A stretch of DNA of 57,548 bases, from NCBI GenBank assembly GCA_019313695.1, contig JAFDAS010000015.1:1-57548 (forward strand), in the 5' to 3' direction. Position 1 is the stretch's first letter. Each line of letters opens with the position of its first letter. This DNA is from Deltaproteobacteria bacterium. Its GTDB lineage: Bacteria > Desulfobacterota > Syntrophia > Syntrophales > UBA2210. A program made the position numbers and the translations under genes. Positions 40,742-54,542 of this stretch are shown here, piece after piece. Under the pieces are notes generated by a model. It was not told where the DNA came from and did not search any database. It worked only from the letters and a program-made list of their open reading frames with translations.

Positions 40742-41029
40742 TTATACTCCCTCATAAACTTCGATAGAGCTGCCGGGAGCAAGGGTGATTACTGCCTTTT
40801 TCCAGCTACGTTTCCGGCCGGTAATTCTTCCCACTCTCTTCTTCTTACCGGTTACATTTATAGTATGAATATTCACCACTTTGACTTTGAATATTTTTTC
40901 CACGGCATTGCGTATCTCTATCTTCGTTGCCACGCGATCCACCTCGAAGAAATATTTATTCTCTTCATCCCTGGCGATCGTACTCTTTTCTGTAACAAGT
41001 GGTTTTTTGATGACGGAATATATATCCAT
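40742..41029 (-). CDS. rplW: 50S ribosomal protein L23
   Basis: PLVTEKS and WKKAVITL. Confidence 0.97.
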   Translation of the reverse strand: MDIYSVIKKPLVTEKSTIARDEENKYFFEVDRVATKIEIRNAVEKIFKVKVVNIHTINVTGKKKRVGRITGRKRSWKKAVITLAPGSSIEVYEGV

Positions 41030-41652
41030 TATGACAACAATGCCCCTTCTATCTTTTTCACGGAGGGCTCCAAAAGGACAAGATCATCATACTTGAGCAG
41101 ATCATACACATTGATGCCCTCTGATCGCATCATCTTCACATCTTTGATATTTTTGGATGATTTTTCCAGAATGGTATTCCTCTCATCCAGCACAAAGAGG
41201 GTTTTCCCAAGCTCAAACCTGTCAAGAACCTCTCTAAATTTCTTTGTCTTTATCTCGTCCATGGGAAAGTCCCTGAGTATTATCACCCTGCCCTCTTTAA
41301 CCTTCATACTCAAAGCGGACTTCAGGGCGGCCTTCCTTACCTTTTTCGGAACCTTGTAAGAATAATCTCTGGGCTTGGGGCCAAACACAATCCCTCCACC
41401 CCTCCAGATGGGAGACCGCGTAGTGCCAGCTCTCGCTCTTCCTGTTCCCTTCTGGCGCCACGGCTTCCTTCCGCCACCGCGCACATCACTCCTGCCCTTT
41501 GTGGAAGCGGTCCCCTGTCTCCTGCACGCAAGCTGCATCTTCACAACTTCATAAAGTATGTGTTCATTAACTTCAGCGCCGAAGACAATATCGCTTAGCT
41601 CCAGTTCGGTTACCTTGGTTTTTTCTATATCATATACATTCAGAACCGGCAT
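41029..41652 (-). CDS. rplD: 50S ribosomal protein L4
   Basis: KPWRQKGTGRARAG and FGPKPR. Confidence 0.98.
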   Translation of the reverse strand: MPVLNVYDIEKTKVTELELSDIVFGAEVNEHILYEVVKMQLACRRQGTASTKGRSDVRGGGRKPWRQKGTGRARAGTTRSPIWRGGGIVFGPKPRDYSYKVPKKVRKAALKSALSMKVKEGRVIILRDFPMDEIKTKKFREVLDRFELGKTLFVLDERNTILEKSSKNIKDVKMMRSEGINVYDLLKYDDLVLLEPSVKKIEGALLS

Positions 41653-41670
41653 TTTTACCACTCAATATCC

Positions 41671-42300
41671 TTACATTTTAATAGAATTCTTGATTAAGAC
41701 GATACCATTCTTGCTGCTGGGGACAGACCCCTTTACCAGAATAAGATTTTGCTCCGGTCTTATGCCCACCACCATCAAGTTCTGCACTGTCTGCCTGCAA
41801 TTACCCATATGTCCCGGCATTCTCTTCCCTTTAAAAACCCTGGAAGGCCATGCACTGGCCCCTATGGATCCCGGCGCCCTGTGAAACATTGAACCATGAG
41901 TGGCTTTCCCGCCACGAAACCCATACCTCTTCACCACACCGGCAAAACCTCTGCCTCTGGTTGTTCCAACTACATCTATATAGTCGCCCACCTTGAAGAT
42001 ATCGGCCTTCAGTTCCGAACCCACTTCATAATCATTGGCGGATTCAAGCCTGAACTCTCTGAGGATTCTGAAATATCCCTTATCGGCTTCCTTAAAATGC
42101 CCCTTGAGGGGTTTATTGACCCCCTTCTCCTTTACCCGATCAAACCCGAGCTGCAAGGCATCATACCCGTCCACTTCACTGGTCTTCTTATGTATGACAA
42201 CACACGGTCCTGCTTCAATGGCAGTAACAGGAATGACAGAGCCGTCATCCCAGAATATTTGTGTCATACCCAGTTTTTTGCCTATCAATCCCTTTTTCAT
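41671..42300 (-). CDS. rplC: 50S ribosomal protein L3
   Basis: [16 protein letters not shown] and MPGHMG. Confidence 0.98.
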   Translation of the reverse strand: MKKGLIGKKLGMTQIFWDDGSVIPVTAIEAGPCVVIHKKTSEVDGYDALQLGFDRVKEKGVNKPLKGHFKEADKGYFRILREFRLESANDYEVGSELKADIFKVGDYIDVVGTTRGRGFAGVVKRYGFRGGKATHGSMFHRAPGSIGASAWPSRVFKGKRMPGHMGNCRQTVQNLMVVGIRPEQNLILVKGSVPSSKNGIVLIKNSIKM

Positions 42301-42384
42301 GACACCTACGATTTCCCATGCACTTTTTTGACAAAAAATGAGGAGGTGAAATTTAAAAGATCACCTCCTCAGTATCCACCAGGC

Positions 42385-42693
42385 CTATAACTTTATCTCT
42401 ACGTCAACGCCGGCCGAAAGATCAAGCTTCATCAATGTATCTACAGTCGCCTGCGTCGGTTCCACGATGTCGATAAGCCGTTTATGCGTTCTGATTTCAA
42501 ATTGCTCCCTGGACTTTTTATCAACATTGGGCGATCTGTTCACGCAATATTTATTTATCATCGTCGGAAGGGGAATTGGACCCGCAACACGCGCTCCCGT
42601 CCTCTTCGCAGATTCCACAATGTCCCGCGCCGACCTGTCAAGCAACTTATAATCATAAGCCTTGAGACGAATTCTTATCTTTTGATTTTCCAT
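42385..42693 (-). CDS. rpsJ: 30S ribosomal protein S10
   Basis: [16 protein letters not shown] and [12 protein letters not shown]. Confidence 0.98.
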   Translation of the reverse strand: MENQKIRIRLKAYDYKLLDRSARDIVESAKRTGARVAGPIPLPTMINKYCVNRSPNVDKKSREQFEIRTHKRLIDIVEPTQATVDTLMKLDLSAGVDVEIKL

Positions 42694-42719
42694 CTAACCC
42701 TCTATCAGCTATCAGCGCT

Positions 42720-43913
42720 TTATTCTATAATTTCGCTGACTACACCGGCTCCAACAGTTCTGCCGCCCTCACGGATAGCAAACCTGAGCTGGTCCTCCAT
42801 GGCAATGGGGGTTATCAGCTCAGCCACTATTTCCACATTATCACCGGGCATTACCATTTCAATCCCTTCCGGAAGAGTGGCGACTCCCGTCACATCCGTT
42901 GTCCTGAAATAAAACTGCGGCCGGTAACCGTTGAAGAACGGGGTGTGCCTTCCACCCTCTTCCTTCGTAAGAACATAAACCTGGGCCTTAAACTTGGTAT
43001 GGGGGGTAATTGAACCGGGTTTCGCAACAACCTGTCCCCTTTCAACATCTTCCCGCTTTGTGCCCCTCAAAAGGACACCGATATCGTCACCGGCCCTTCC
43101 CTCATCAAGCGTCTTGCGAAACATTTCCACGCCGGTGCATACAGTTTTAAAGGTGGGCCTGATCCCCACTATTTCAACTTCATCACCCGTCCTTACAATT
43201 CCCCTGTCAGCGCGACCGGTAACAACCGTTCCACGCCCGGAGATGGTAAACACATCACCGACAGGCATAAGGAAAGGCTTGTCAAGGTCTCGAACAGGTT
43301 CCGGGATATAAGAATCAACGGCGTCCAGCAGTTCCCAGATACTCTTTGCATCTTCGGAATTCGAATCATCGTTCTCCAGGGCCTTCAAGGCCGATCCTCT
43401 TATAATGGGAATATCATCACCCGGGAAATTATAATCCGTCAGGAGTTCTCTCAGCTCAAGCTCAACAAGATCGAGAAGTTCAGGGTCATCCACCAGATCA
43501 ACCTTATTCATGTAAACAATCATATATGGCACCTGAACCTGTCTGGCCAGGAGTATGTGTTCTCTCGTCTGTGGCATGGGACCGTCTGAGGCCGCCACCA
43601 CCAGGATGGCGCCATCCATATGGGCGGCGCCCGATATCATATTTTTTATATAGTCAGCGTGCCCCGGACAATCGACATGGGCATAATGCCTCTTCTCAGT
43701 TTCATACTCGACATGCGCGATATTTATGGTAACGCCCCTCTCCTTTTCCTCGGGAGCGTTATCAATCGAATCAAAGGGCATATACTCGGCAAAACCCTTG
43801 GTAGCCAGGTGTTTTGTTATAGCTGCGGTCAATGTGGTTTTCCCATGATCCACATGTCCAATGGTTCCGATATTCAGATGCGGTTTCGTCCTTTCAAATT
43901 TCTTCTTTGCCAT
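42720..43913 (-). CDS. tuf: Elongation factor Tu
   Basis: [21 protein letters not shown] and [11 protein letters not shown]. Confidence 0.98.
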   Translation of the reverse strand: MAKKKFERTKPHLNIGTIGHVDHGKTTLTAAITKHLATKGFAEYMPFDSIDNAPEEKERGVTINIAHVEYETEKRHYAHVDCPGHADYIKNMISGAAHMDGAILVVAASDGPMPQTREHILLARQVQVPYMIVYMNKVDLVDDPELLDLVELELRELLTDYNFPGDDIPIIRGSALKALENDDSNSEDAKSIWELLDAVDSYIPEPVRDLDKPFLMPVGDVFTISGRGTVVTGRADRGIVRTGDEVEIVGIRPTFKTVCTGVEMFRKTLDEGRAGDDIGVLLRGTKREDVERGQVVAKPGSITPHTKFKAQVYVLTKEEGGRHTPFFNGYRPQFYFRTTDVTGVATLPEGIEMVMPGDNVEIVAELITPIAMEDQLRFAIREGGRTVGAGVVSEIIE

Positions 43914-44073
43914 AACCATATACCTCCTTTAATTAAAAATGGTTAATTGATTCCCTTATCAATCCCGACAGAATCGGGATAACTTATAACTTTCTTATCT
44001 ACTTCCGCAAGATATCCTGTTTCAGCTTATCCGCAGCCGCAGAAAACAGACTGAATCCCAACAAAGTCGCACC

Positions 44074-44544
44074 CTAAAATCTGTAATGGGCAAATGCCTT
44101 GTTCGCCTCAGCCATCTTGTGAGTGTCTTCTCTCTTCTTGACAGATGCCCCCCTGCCCGCGGCGGCATCCATGAACTCAGCTGCCAATTTTTCCCTCATG
44201 CTTTTACCGACACGTGACTTGGCATTCCCTATCAACCATCTGATCGCAAGGGCTATCCGCCTGTCCGGCAAAACCTCCGTAGGCACCTGATAAGTGGCGC
44301 CACCTATCCGTCTCGATTTTACCTCAAGAACAGGTTTCACGTTATCCATAGCCTTTTCAAAAATCTCAAGGGGTGATCCATTTACTTTATTTTCTATACT
44401 GTCAAAGGCTCCATAGAGTATGGCCTCGGCAACACTCTTCTTCCCTTTCTTCAGCAGATTGTTAATAAACCTGGACACCAGGGCACTGCTGTACTTGGGA
44501 TCAGCCAGTATCTTCCTTTTCGTTACTACTCTTCTCCTCGGCAT
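44074..44544 (-). CDS. rpsG: 30S ribosomal protein S7
   Basis: [13 protein letters not shown] and [11 protein letters not shown]. Confidence 0.98.
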   Translation of the reverse strand: MPRRRVVTKRKILADPKYSSALVSRFINNLLKKGKKSVAEAILYGAFDSIENKVNGSPLEIFEKAMDNVKPVLEVKSRRIGGATYQVPTEVLPDRRIALAIRWLIGNAKSRVGKSMREKLAAEFMDAAAGRGASVKKREDTHKMAEANKAFAHYRF

Positions 44545-44558
44545 ATAACTATTCCTGT

Positions 44559-44930
44559 CTATTTAGGTTTTTTGGAGCCGTATTTCGACCTGCTCTGCTT
44601 TCTGTCCTGAACCCCTACGGCATCCAGCGAACCTCTTACTACATGATATCTGACTCCGGGAAGGTCCTTGACCCTGCCACCTCTTACCAGCACTACAGAA
44701 TGCTCCTGAAGATTGTGTCCTATACCCGGTATATACGAGGTAACCTCGTAACCACTGGTAAGACGAACCCTGGCCACCTTTCTCAAGGCGGAATTAGGCT
44801 TCTTGGGAGTAGTGGTATACACCCTCACACAAACCCCCCTTCTCTGGGGGCAACTGGCAAGAGCCGGCGCTGAAGTTTTCTTCTTTATCTTTGATCTGCC
44901 CTTGCGTATTAACTGGTTTATTGTAGGCAT
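44559..44930 (-). CDS. rpsL: 30S ribosomal protein S12
   Basis: [17 protein letters not shown] and KDLPGVRY. Confidence 0.98.
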   Translation of the reverse strand: MPTINQLIRKGRSKIKKKTSAPALASCPQRRGVCVRVYTTTPKKPNSALRKVARVRLTSGYEVTSYIPGIGHNLQEHSVVLVRGGRVKDLPGVRYHVVRGSLDAVGVQDRKQSRSKYGSKKPK

Positions 44931-44996
44931 TACCCCTCCAAAAATCTCTTCCGCTCTGTCTTCAAAAATTGACACACAGCAAAGTAGCGATTTGTA

Positions 44997-47900
44997 TCAA
45001 TTCGCAACTTGACTGTCAAGGTTTTTCTCAATATTTTCTTCATTTATTTGCTGATCTTCAGAAACCGGGATTTCGTCCTTGACATCTATTCCCAGCTTCT
45101 TATACATGGGAAGTCCCGTGCCGGCAGGAATCAGCCTGCCCATAATCACATTTTCCTTAAGGCCTCTTAAATAATCCACCTTTCCGGACAGGGCAGCCTC
45201 CGTGAGCACGCGGGTTGTTTCCTGAAAAGACGCCGCGGAGATAAAACTGTCGGTATTAAGCGATGCCTTGGTGATACCAAGGAGTATGGGTACGGCGGTG
45301 GCCGGCTTTCCTTCCCGTTGAATTACCTCCTCGTTCTCCTCTTCAAACCTGTTCTTATCTACCTGCTCATCCACGAGAAAAGAGGTGTCACCGAAGTCCG
45401 TCACTCTTACTTTTTTGAGCATCTGTCGCACTATAATCTCTATGTGCTTGTCGTTAATCTTGACCCCCTGCAACCTGTAAACCTCCTGCACCTCGTCGAC
45501 CAGATAACTCGCCAGCTCTTTTTCACCCTTGATATTAAGGATATCATGAGGATTACTCGATCCATCCATCAGGGCATGGCCTGCCATAACCCTGTCACCC
45601 TCCTGGACACTTATATGCTTCCCCCTGGCAATCAGATATTCCTTGGGATCACCAACGTCAGGCGTTACAATTATTCGCCTCTTCCCCTTGACATCCTCAC
45701 CGTATGAGATTTCCCCGTCTATCTCGGTTATCACGGCATACTCTTTCGGCTTCCTGGCCTCAAAGAGTTCCGCAACACGCGGAAGGCCTCCCGTAATATC
45801 CTTCGTTTTTGTGGTCTCTCTGGGGATCTTGGCGATAATATCACCTGCCTTTATCTCATCACCTTCTGAAACACCGATATTCGCCCCTACAGGCAGCAGA
45901 TGCCGCGCGATCGTATGCGACCCCGGAACTCTGACTGTTTTTCCATCCTTGTCTTTTATCGAAACCCTGGGGCGCAGGTCAGCAGCCCTGTACTCCACAA
46001 TTACCTTCCTTGAAAGACCGGTCACTTCATCAACCTGCTCCTGCATGGTTTTCCCTTCAACAATATCTCCAAACTTTATGGCTCCATCAACCTCTGAAAG
46101 GATTGGAATCGAATAGGGATCCCATTGGGCAATCAAGGTGCCTCCCTTTATATTATGCCCCTCAACAACCTTTAGATGAGCTCCATAGGGAACAGGATAT
46201 TTACCACGGTTTCTTCCTTCTTCATCCAGGACGTGGACTTCTCCATTCCTGCTCATAACAACGGTTTCATTATTCTTATTTACAGCCATATTGACATCAA
46301 CGAACTTGAGCATCCCATCATGTCTCGCCTCCAGAGTGGAGTGCTCTTCAAACTTCGCTGTACCACCTATGTGGAATGTTCTCATGGTCAACTGGGTTCC
46401 GGGCTCACCTATGGACTGCGCCGCAATAATGCCGACAGCCTCACCTATATTTACCAGATGACCATGCGCCAGATCTCTCCCATAGCACTTTACACAGATA
46501 CCGTGCTTCGATTTACATGTAAGAGCGGACCTTATAAGCACTCTTTCCAGTCCCGCTTTGTCGATATTTTCCGCAAGAATTTCATCAATCTCCTGATTTG
46601 CCTCCACCAGGATTTCTCCGGTAAAAGGATCTTCTATGTCCTCCAGAGCAACCCTTCCGAGAATACGCTCACCAACCGTTTCTATTATTTCTCCACCCTC
46701 AACCAGGGCTGAAACGTAAATTCCATCGAGAGTACCGCAATCCTCCTCCATAACGATACTATCCTGCGCCACATCAACAAGTCTCCTCGTGAGATACCCT
46801 GAGTTCGCCGTCTTCAGGGCCGTGTCGGCAAGGCCCTTTCTGGCACCATGCGTGGAGATAAAGTACTGCAGAACCGAAAGGCCTTCCCTGAAGTTGGCGG
46901 TAATGGGTGTTTCTATGATCTCTCCTGACGGCTTTGCCATCAGCCCCCTCATACCGGCAAGTTGTCTCGTCTGGGCTGCACTGCCACGGGCTCCGGAATC
47001 GGCCATCATATAAATCGAATTGAAGCTCTCAACCTTGTTCATCCGTCCGTCAGGTCCTCTCAATTCCTCGGTGCCAATACCCCTCAGCATGTCACCGGCA
47101 ACTTTTTCGGTTGCATGGGCCCAGATATCGATAACCTTATTGTAACGTTCACCATCGGTTATAAGGCCGTCCATATACTGCTTGTGTATCCCCAGGACAT
47201 CTTTCTGCGCCCTGTCAACAATATCACCCTTACTGTCGGGAATGACAAGATCACCGATGGCAATCGACAGACCGGAAATCGTGGCATATTTATATCCAAG
47301 GTCCTTCAACCGGTCCGCTAATATAACCGTCGTTTTTGCCCCGGAATGCCTGTAACTGTAATCGATCAGATTGGCTATCTCCTTTTTGTTCATCACCTTA
47401 TTAATAAGATCAAAGGGAATCCCGTCGGGAATAATCTCATAGAGCAATATCCTGCCCACGGTCGTGTCAACCATCACACTGTTCATCCGAACCCTTATCG
47501 TGGCATGAAGATCAACCGCTTCCGCATCATACGCGCTTCTCACCTCACCGGGATCGGAAAAGCTCATTCCTTCCCCTTTTACATACTCCCTTGATCTTGT
47601 CATGTAATATATGCCAAGAACCATGTCCTGACTGGGAACAATTATAGGCTTGCCATTGGCCGGAGAGAGTATGTTATTGGTGGACATCATAAGGCATCTT
47701 GCCTCCACCTGGGCCTCTACCGACAGAGGCACATGCACTGCCATCTGATCGCCATCAAAATCCGCATTAAATGCCGCGCAAACGAGGGGGTGAAGCTGTA
47801 GCGCTTTCCCTTCAATAAGAACCGGCTCAAAAGCCTGGATACCGAGTCTGTGCAGGGTTGGAGCCCTGTTAAGTAACACGGGATATTCATGCACAACTTC

Positions 47901-49142
47901 ATCCAGAACATCCCATACTTCCGAAACCTCTTTCTCGACCATCTTCTTCGCGCTCTTTACAGTTGTTACATATCCCTTTTCTTCAAGCCTGTTATAAATA
48001 AACGGCTTAAACAATTCCAGCGCCATCTTTTTGGGAAGCCCGCACTGATGCAACCTTAGATCCGGTCCCACTGTGATCACAGACCTTCCGGAATAATCGA
48101 CCCTCTTTCCGAGCAGATTCTGCCTGAATCTTCCCTGCTTACCCTTGAGCATGTCCGACAGAGATCTCAAAGGCCTCTTGTTGGAACCCGTGACCGCACG
48201 ACCACGCCTGCCGTTGTCAAACAGACAATCAACAGATTCCTGGAGCATCCTTTTTTCATTCCTTATAATAATCTCAGGGGCATTCAATTCCAGCAGGCGT
48301 TTCAAGCGGTTGTTCCTGTTTATAACTCTCCTGTAGAGATCATTCAGATCGGAAGTGGCAAAACGACCGCCATCCAGAGGAACCAGGGGCCTCAGGTCGG
48401 GGGGGATTACGGGCAGCACTGTAAGGGTCATCCATTCAGGCTTGTTGCCCGATTTCTTCAACGCTTCAACAACCTTTAACCTTTTCGTGAGTTTTGTCTT
48501 TTTCGTAACCGAAGTAGCTTCCCGGAGATCGGCCCGGAGTTCAGCCCTCAGTTCTTCCAGATTAATCTCTTCCAGAAGTTTTCTTATGGCCTCAGCACCT
48601 ATGCCCACTTCAAAGGCATCATCGCCATATTCATTCAGCATTTCCAGATATTGATCTTCCGAGAGAAGCTCTTTCTTCTCCAGAGGGGTATCCTTTGGAT
48701 CAAAGACTATCCACGACTCAAAATACAAGACCCTCTCCAGTTCCTTCAGGGTAAGGTCCAGGACATTCCCTATTCTGCTGGGCAGGCTCTTGAGGAACCA
48801 GATGTGTGCGACAGGTGCGGCCAGAACTATATGTCCCATTCTTTCCCTGCGTACCTTCGACTGGATAACCTCAACTCCGCATTTCTCGCACACCATACCC
48901 CGGTGTTTCATTCTCTTATAGCGACCGCAGAGACACTCGTAGTCTTTGACCGGCCCGAAGATCTTTGCACAGAACAGACCGTCTCTTTCCGGCTTGAATG
49001 TCCTGTAATTTATAGTCTCAGGCTTTTTAACCTCGCCCTGTGACCACGAGATTATATCTTCCGGCGAGGCCAGCGACACTTTGATGGCATTAAATCTTAC
49101 AGGGTCCTTAGGTTTCTCGAAAAAACCATAGATATCTTCCAC
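44997..49142 (-). CDS. rpoC: RNA polymerase beta' subunit
   Basis: NADFDGD catalytic motif, Zn ribbon and [13 protein letters not shown]. Confidence 0.99.
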   Translation of the reverse strand: MEDIYGFFEKPKDPVRFNAIKVSLASPEDIISWSQGEVKKPETINYRTFKPERDGLFCAKIFGPVKDYECLCGRYKRMKHRGMVCEKCGVEVIQSKVRRERMGHIVLAAPVAHIWFLKSLPSRIGNVLDLTLKELERVLYFESWIVFDPKDTPLEKKELLSEDQYLEMLNEYGDDAFEVGIGAEAIRKLLEEINLEELRAELRADLREATSVTKKTKLTKRLKVVEALKKSGNKPEWMTLTVLPVIPPDLRPLVPLDGGRFATSDLNDLYRRVINRNNRLKRLLELNAPEIIIRNEKRMLQESVDCLFDNGRRGRAVTGSNKRPLRSLSDMLKGKQGRFRQNLLGKRVDYSGRSVITVGPDLRLHQCGLPKKMALELFKPFIYNRLEEKGYVTTVKSAKKMVEKEVSEVWDVLDEVVHEYPVLLNRAPTLHRLGIQAFEPVLIEGKALQLHPLVCAAFNADFDGDQMAVHVPLSVEAQVEARCLMMSTNNILSPANGKPIIVPSQDMVLGIYYMTRSREYVKGEGMSFSDPGEVRSAYDAEAVDLHATIRVRMNSVMVDTTVGRILLYEIIPDGIPFDLINKVMNKKEIANLIDYSYRHSGAKTTVILADRLKDLGYKYATISGLSIAIGDLVIPDSKGDIVDRAQKDVLGIHKQYMDGLITDGERYNKVIDIWAHATEKVAGDMLRGIGTEELRGPDGRMNKVESFNSIYMMADSGARGSAAQTRQLAGMRGLMAKPSGEIIETPITANFREGLSVLQYFISTHGARKGLADTALKTANSGYLTRRLVDVAQDSIVMEEDCGTLDGIYVSALVEGGEIIETVGERILGRVALEDIEDPFTGEILVEANQEIDEILAENIDKAGLERVLIRSALTCKSKHGICVKCYGRDLAHGHLVNIGEAVGIIAAQSIGEPGTQLTMRTFHIGGTAKFEEHSTLEARHDGMLKFVDVNMAVNKNNETVVMSRNGEVHVLDEEGRNRGKYPVPYGAHLKVVEGHNIKGGTLIAQWDPYSIPILSEVDGAIKFGDIVEGKTMQEQVDEVTGLSRKVIVEYRAADLRPRVSIKDKDGKTVRVPGSHTIARHLLPVGANIGVSEGDEIKAGDIIAKIPRETTKTKDITGGLPRVAELFEARKPKEYAVITEIDGEISYGEDVKGKRRIIVTPDVGDPKEYLIARGKHISVQEGDRVMAGHALMDGSSNPHDILNIKGEKELASYLVDEVQEVYRLQGVKINDKHIEIIVRQMLKKVRVTDFGDTSFLVDEQVDKNRFEEENEEVIQREGKPATAVPILLGITKASLNTDSFISAASFQETTRVLTEAALSGKVDYLRGLKENVIMGRLIPAGTGLPMYKKLGIDVKDEIPVSEDQQINEENIEKNLDSQVAN

Positions 49143-49189
49143 TGGATAAAGCTCCCTTTATTTTTAAGATTCTCTGTAAAAGAATCAGT

Positions 49190-52100
49190 CTACACATCTT
49201 CCATTAATTCAATATTAATAGCCAGGCCCTGCAATTCCTTGACAAGCACGTTAAAGGACTCCGGCAGTCCGGGCTCCAGGGTATGCTCACCCTTTACTAT
49301 AGCCTCGTACATTCTCGTTCTTCCCGCCACATCGTCCGACTTGACGGTAAGAAACTCCTGCAATGCATAGGCGGCGCCATAGGCCTCAATTGCCCATACC
49401 TCCATTTCACCCAGTCTCTGACCACCAAACTGTGCCTTCCCTCCAAGCGGTTGCTGCGTAACCAGGGAATATGGTCCTATGGATCTCGCATGGATCTTAT
49501 CGTCGACAAGGTGGTGGAGTTTCAACATGTAGATCATCCCCACTGTCACATCCTGATCAAAGGATTCTCCCGTCCGGCCGTCGAAAAGCCTTGTTTGACC
49601 TGTTTCAGGCAGATCTACAGCCTTCAGCATATCCCTTATTTCACTTTCACGCGCTCCATCAAAAACCGGGGTGGCCAGGGGAACCCCCCTTTTCAATCTG
49701 CGGATGAATCTTTTGGTTTCGTCATCAGTGGCTCCATCCACAAAATCATCAAATTCGGGAGAGGAGTATACCTTTTTCAGTTCTTTTTTCACCACATCCA
49801 TGTCAACCCCATCCACAAGGACCTGAAGTTTCTCACCCAGACCCTTTGCCGCCCACCCGAGATGAGTTTCGAGAATCTGGCCTACATTCATACGCGAAGG
49901 CACGCCAAGTGGATTTAAAACGATATCAACAGGTGTTCCATCCTCAAAGAAGGGCATATCTGCCTCTGGAAGTATTCTTGACAGCACTCCTTTGTTGCCG
50001 TGCCTGCCCGCCATCTTGTCACCGACGGAGAGTTTTCTCTTTATGGCAATATACACCTTTACCAGCTTGATCACACCGGGCGGCAATTCATCGCCTGTCC
50101 TCACCGTTTCTATTTTCTCCTCGAAGAATGTTTCGGTAGCTTCTACTCTCTTCGCAAGACCATCTAACATGGATCTCACTTTTTCTTCAGCCTTGTAATC
50201 ATCAAGTGTTATATCCTTCCAGAACCTGAAGGGGATAAGATCAAGGGCGTTTTCGGTAATTGTTTCCGACTTTTTAAGAAAAACTTTCCTGCCCTCCGGA
50301 TCAACCAGCCTGGAAGTAGAGATTTTCCCTGCAAGTAATTCAGAAATCTTTTTCTTCACATTATGGGTAATAATCCTGATTTCATCATCTCTGTCTTTGA
50401 GGAGATTGTCGATCTCTTCGTCTTCTATCGCCTGAGATCTGCTGTCTTTCTCGGCACCCTTGCGGGCAAATATCTTGGCATCTATAACCACCCCCTCTAC
50501 GCCGGGTGGAATTCTGAGGGATGTATCCCTGACATCGCCGGCTTTTTCTCCGAATATGGCACGGAGGAGCTTTTCCTCCGGCGACAACTGGGTTTCACCC
50601 TTCGGCGTGACCTTTCCTACAAGAATATCGCCCGCTTTTACCGAGACACCCATCCTGATAATGCCGCTTTCATCCAGATTTCTCAGGGCATCTTCTCCCA
50701 CGTTGGGGATATCTCTTGTAATCTCTTCCTTGCCCAGCTTCGTGTCTCTGGCCACCGTTTCAAATTCTTCTATATGCACGGAGGTATAGATGTCATCCTT
50801 TACGATTCTCTCACTGATCAATATGGAATCTTCGTAGTTGTATCCACCCCACGGCATGAAGGCCACCATAATGTTCCTGCCCAGCGCCAGCTCGCCGTTC
50901 TCGGTAGCCGGGCCATCGGCGATGATGTCTCCTTTTTTTACCCTGCTCCCTTTATCTACAATCGGCTTGTGGTTAAAACAGGTACTCTGGTTTGTACGCT
51001 GATATTTTATAAGGTTGTATATATCGACACCAATATCGGATTCATCCCCGTCTTCTGTATCGCGTTTGATAACGATCCTCGCCGCATCAACATCCTCTAC
51101 GATACCGGATTCCTTCGCCACAATGACAGCGCCCGAATCCCTGGCAACAACCGCCCCCATGCCGGTCCCCACAAGGGGCGCCTCCGGCTTCAGCAGTGGG
51201 ACGGCCTGGCGTTGCATATTAGACCCCATCAAGGCCCGGTTGGCGTCATCGTGCTCCAGAAACGGAATAAGTCCGGCAGCAACCGAGACAAGCTGATCGG
51301 GAGACACATCCATCAGATTTATCTCCCCGGGGCCTACGGTTACGTAATTTCCACTTTTTCTTGCCGTGATGAGATCCCCCGTAAACTTCCCCTTTGCATC
51401 AACAGGGACGTTCGCCTGGGCTATGATATAATCTTCTTCTTCTGTCGCGGTAAGGTACTGTATCCTGTTAAGGATCTTTCCTCCTTCCACAACCCTGTAA
51501 GGCGTCTCTATAAAACCGAAATTATTTACTCGGGCATAGGCGCTGAGAGATACAATCAGGCCGATATTGGGGCCTTCCGGCGTCTCGACAGGACACACAC
51601 GCCCATAGTGGGTATTGTGCACATCCCTTACCTCAAAACCTGCCCTTTCACGTGTAAGCCCACCGGGGCCGAGGGCCGATAATCTCCTCTTGTGCGTAAT
51701 CTCGGAAAGGGGGTTGGTCTGATCCATAAACTGAGACAGCTGGCTGCTCCCGAAAAATTCATTGACTACAGCGGTAACAGGCTTGGCGTTTATAAGATCG
51801 TGGGGCATCATGGTTTCTATATCAAGAAGGCTCATCTTCTCCTTGATGGCACGTTCCATCCTCACCAGCCCAATCCTGTATTGATTTTCTATAAGTTCTC
51901 CAACGGACCGGATCCTTCTGTTTCCGAGGTGATCTATATCATCAACGCTGTAATCAACCACACCATTCTTCAGATTGATAAGATATTTCACGGCTTCCAT
52001 GATATCCTCCCGGCGAAGAACCGTCATATCAGAAGGCACATCCATGCGAAGCTTGTAATTCATCTTAACGCGTCCTACATCAGACAGGTCATAGCTGTCG

Positions 52101-53281
52101 TGATTAAAAAAGAGGCTGTTAAAAAATCTGCGGGCGGTTTCAAGCGAGGGGGGATTACTTGGCCTTAATCTCCTGTACACGTCTACGATACCATCCTCTT
52201 CGGTCTCGATTTTATCTATGAGCATGGTATTCCTGATATAGGAATTCGTCCCTTCCTCATCAAGTTGAATAAATCTGACCTCCGTAATGTTTTTCTCGCG
52301 CAGCAATTCCATACCATCTGCGCCCAGTTCATCGGCACATTTCAGAAGAACATCGCCGGTCTCAGGATCCACTACGTCTGAAGCAAGTACCTTGCCTACG
52401 ATGTAATTCTCGCTTACATCCATAAACTCCACACCCGCATCAGTCATCTTTTTCAAAAAAGCCTTGGAAATCTTTCTTCCCTTCTTCAGCAACACCTCAC
52501 CGGTTTGACTATCCTTAATGTCTTCCGGCACTCTCTCGCCAATGAGGCTGTCCTCTACTCTCAGAGATATTCTGCTGCCATTCAGGACAACTTTTTCAAT
52601 ATTATAGAAGTGCTCCATCAGCTCTTCGGCGGAGTATCCCATGGCTTTGAGAAGTACCGTAACCGGCATTTTTCTTCTTCTGTCTATTCTGGCATAGAGG
52701 AAATCCTTCGGATCAAACTCAAGATCAAGCCAGGAACCCCTTATGGGTATAATTCTTGCCGAATATATCAGCTTCCCACTCACATGGGTCTTTCCCTTGT
52801 CGTGGTCAAAGAATATGCCCGGCGACCGATGTAGCTGACTTACGATTACCCGCTCGGTACCATTGATATTAAAGGTGCCCTTCTCGGTCATCAACGGAAT
52901 CTCGCCGAAATATATCTCCTGCTCTTTTATATCCCTTACAGTTACAGCCTTCTGTTCGCCACCCCGTCCATTGTCGAACACAACAAGCCTGATTACAACC
53001 CTCAGCGGGGCATTATAGGTCATCCCCTTCTGCGTACATTCCCTGACGTCATACCTGGCATTCCCTATCTTATAACTGACAAATTCCAGGGAACATTTCC
53101 CCCCAAAGTCTACAATGGGAAAGACGCTTTTAAAGGCCCCCTGCAGCCCGGAGTTTTCCCTGTCTTCAGGTCTTGCATCGGCCTGGAGAAATTTTTCATA
53201 AGATTTTCTCTGAATTTCTATGAGATCAGGTATCTCAACTATCTTCTTTATGCGGCCAAAACTTTTTCTATAAGTACCCAT
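49190..53281 (-). CDS. rpoB: RNA polymerase beta subunit
   Basis: [21 protein letters not shown] and GGQRLGEME. Confidence 0.99.
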   Translation of the reverse strand: MGTYRKSFGRIKKIVEIPDLIEIQRKSYEKFLQADARPEDRENSGLQGAFKSVFPIVDFGGKCSLEFVSYKIGNARYDVRECTQKGMTYNAPLRVVIRLVVFDNGRGGEQKAVTVRDIKEQEIYFGEIPLMTEKGTFNINGTERVIVSQLHRSPGIFFDHDKGKTHVSGKLIYSARIIPIRGSWLDLEFDPKDFLYARIDRRRKMPVTVLLKAMGYSAEELMEHFYNIEKVVLNGSRISLRVEDSLIGERVPEDIKDSQTGEVLLKKGRKISKAFLKKMTDAGVEFMDVSENYIVGKVLASDVVDPETGDVLLKCADELGADGMELLREKNITEVRFIQLDEEGTNSYIRNTMLIDKIETEEDGIVDVYRRLRPSNPPSLETARRFFNSLFFNHDSYDLSDVGRVKMNYKLRMDVPSDMTVLRREDIMEAVKYLINLKNGVVDYSVDDIDHLGNRRIRSVGELIENQYRIGLVRMERAIKEKMSLLDIETMMPHDLINAKPVTAVVNEFFGSSQLSQFMDQTNPLSEITHKRRLSALGPGGLTRERAGFEVRDVHNTHYGRVCPVETPEGPNIGLIVSLSAYARVNNFGFIETPYRVVEGGKILNRIQYLTATEEEDYIIAQANVPVDAKGKFTGDLITARKSGNYVTVGPGEINLMDVSPDQLVSVAAGLIPFLEHDDANRALMGSNMQRQAVPLLKPEAPLVGTGMGAVVARDSGAVIVAKESGIVEDVDAARIVIKRDTEDGDESDIGVDIYNLIKYQRTNQSTCFNHKPIVDKGSRVKKGDIIADGPATENGELALGRNIMVAFMPWGGYNYEDSILISERIVKDDIYTSVHIEEFETVARDTKLGKEEITRDIPNVGEDALRNLDESGIIRMGVSVKAGDILVGKVTPKGETQLSPEEKLLRAIFGEKAGDVRDTSLRIPPGVEGVVIDAKIFARKGAEKDSRSQAIEDEEIDNLLKDRDDEIRIITHNVKKKISELLAGKISTSRLVDPEGRKVFLKKSETITENALDLIPFRFWKDITLDDYKAEEKVRSMLDGLAKRVEATETFFEEKIETVRTGDELPPGVIKLVKVYIAIKRKLSVGDKMAGRHGNKGVLSRILPEADMPFFEDGTPVDIVLNPLGVPSRMNVGQILETHLGWAAKGLGEKLQVLVDGVDMDVVKKELKKVYSSPEFDDFVDGATDDETKRFIRRLKRGVPLATPVFDGARESEIRDMLKAVDLPETGQTRLFDGRTGESFDQDVTVGMIYMLKLHHLVDDKIHARSIGPYSLVTQQPLGGKAQFGGQRLGEMEVWAIEAYGAAYALQEFLTVKSDDVAGRTRMYEAIVKGEHTLEPGLPESFNVLVKELQGLAINIELMEDV

Positions 53282-53420
53282 ATTGATCCTTATATTGATC
53301 TATCCTTCATAAATAGAGAAGCCAGAATAGAAAAAAATTTCTTTAATTTCTTTCTTACCTCTGGCTTCCGGACCCATAATCTTGAATCCCTTTTTAGCTT
53401 TTAGTAACTACTTCCGACGT

Positions 53421-53807
53421 TTATTTAATCTCTGCGCTTGCGCCGACTTCTTCCAGCTTGGCTTTTATCTCTTCAGCTTCGGCCTTTGGCACACCCTCTT
53501 TAACCGGTTTGGGCGCAGCCTCAACAAGGTCCTTGGCCTCCTTGAGGCCTAACCCTGTTATAGCCCGGGCAACCTTGATGACCTGTATTTTCTGATCACC
53601 GAATCCCGTCAGTATAACATCAAACTCAGTTTTTTCCTCTTCCGGAGCAGCTGCGGCCGGTCCGGCTGCTGCTGCAGCCACTGGAGCCGCTGCGGAGACA
53701 CCAAATTTTTCTTCCAGTTCCTTAACCATTTCCGACAGCTCGAGAACCGTCATGTTTTCGATAAAACTTATAACATCGTCTTTCGTGATTTTTTTTGCTG
53801 TTGCCAT
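53421..53807 (-). CDS. rplL: 50S ribosomal protein L7/L12
   Basis: [19 protein letters not shown] and [10 protein letters not shown]. Confidence 0.98.
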   Translation of the reverse strand: MATAKKITKDDVISFIENMTVLELSEMVKELEEKFGVSAAAPVAAAAAGPAAAAPEEEKTEFDVILTGFGDQKIQVIKVARAITGLGLKEAKDLVEAAPKPVKEGVPKAEAEEIKAKLEEVGASAEIK

Positions 53808-53833
53808 TTTTTGCTACATCCTTTCCTGTATGT

Positions 53834-54355
53834 TTAATTTTCTTCTTTCTTCACTCTATGTGCCTCAAGCACCTGCACAAGCCCCCTGGGAACAGCACTC
53901 AAAACCGTGACAAGCTGGGTCTGTGCTCCAACCAGAACAGAGAGGAGTTTCCCAAGAAGGATATCCCTGCTCGGCAATTCAGCCAGGGCCCTTATCTGCT
54001 CCCTGCTCAAAAGCCTGCCATCCAGAACACCCGCTTCAATCTCAAGCCGGTCATTCTTTTTGGCAAATTCAACAAGTATCCTTGTCGGCTCAACCACATC
54101 TCCAAAGTTCATCATGAGCGCCCTGGGACCTTTGAGATGGTCATCCAGCAGTGTAAACTCCGTGTCCTTCAAAGCGATACTTAAAAGGTTATTCTTTACC
54201 ACCTTAAGCTCACTGTCTACCTTGCGCAACTCATTTCTCAGGTCGGTGATATCCTTAACCTTGATGCCGCTGTAATTCGCAAGAATCGCCAGATTCACAC
54301 CCTTAAGCTTCTCATGAAGCTCGGTAACAACACGTTCCTTAGTACTCCTATTCAA
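53834..54355 (-). CDS. rplJ: 50S ribosomal protein L10
   Basis: VVKNNL and LAELPSR; TTG start after AAGGAGG. Confidence 0.97.
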   Translation of the reverse strand: MNRSTKERVVTELHEKLKGVNLAILANYSGIKVKDITDLRNELRKVDSELKVVKNNLLSIALKDTEFTLLDDHLKGPRALMMNFGDVVEPTRILVEFAKKNDRLEIEAGVLDGRLLSREQIRALAELPSRDILLGKLLSVLVGAQTQLVTVLSAVPRGLVQVLEAHRVKKEEN

Positions 54356-54379
54356 TGCATGGCCTCCTTTCAATGTTTG

Positions 54380-54530
54380 AATTTCAAAACACCCTGTCGC
54401 CCGGAGACGATCAAGATTCTCTGAAAGTCAGACCGCTATACAGGAAAAGATACTATCTAAACTCCTCCATAGTCTCGGCAGGCCGATTTCGTGATCGATT
54501 AAACACCGTGGTACCTGCTGTCTCTGACTT
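54380..54530 (-). promoter_or_regulatory. L10 leader autoregulatory RNA
   Basis: AGACAGCAGG...TTAA...CCTGCCGAGAC core (54471-54529) between rplA and rplJ. Confidence 0.8.
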
Positions 54531-54542
54531 CTTGTTTGTTTT

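Noticed and set aside
50363-51682. 439-aa plus-strand ORF (and similar ones at 1008-1763, 11903-12583, 32848-33627, 38495-39169, 39988-40623)
   Set aside because: Antisense shadows of conserved genes with no recognisable motifs.
44559-53281. Resistance alleles in rpsL or rpoB
   Set aside because: The PKKPNS and SQFMDQ...HKRRLSAL segments read as wild type.
53282-53310. Short duplication (GATCAATAT) upstream of rpoB suggesting a damaged start
   Set aside because: The ATG has an AAGGA RBS and the conserved RKSFG motif follows at once; the gene looks complete.
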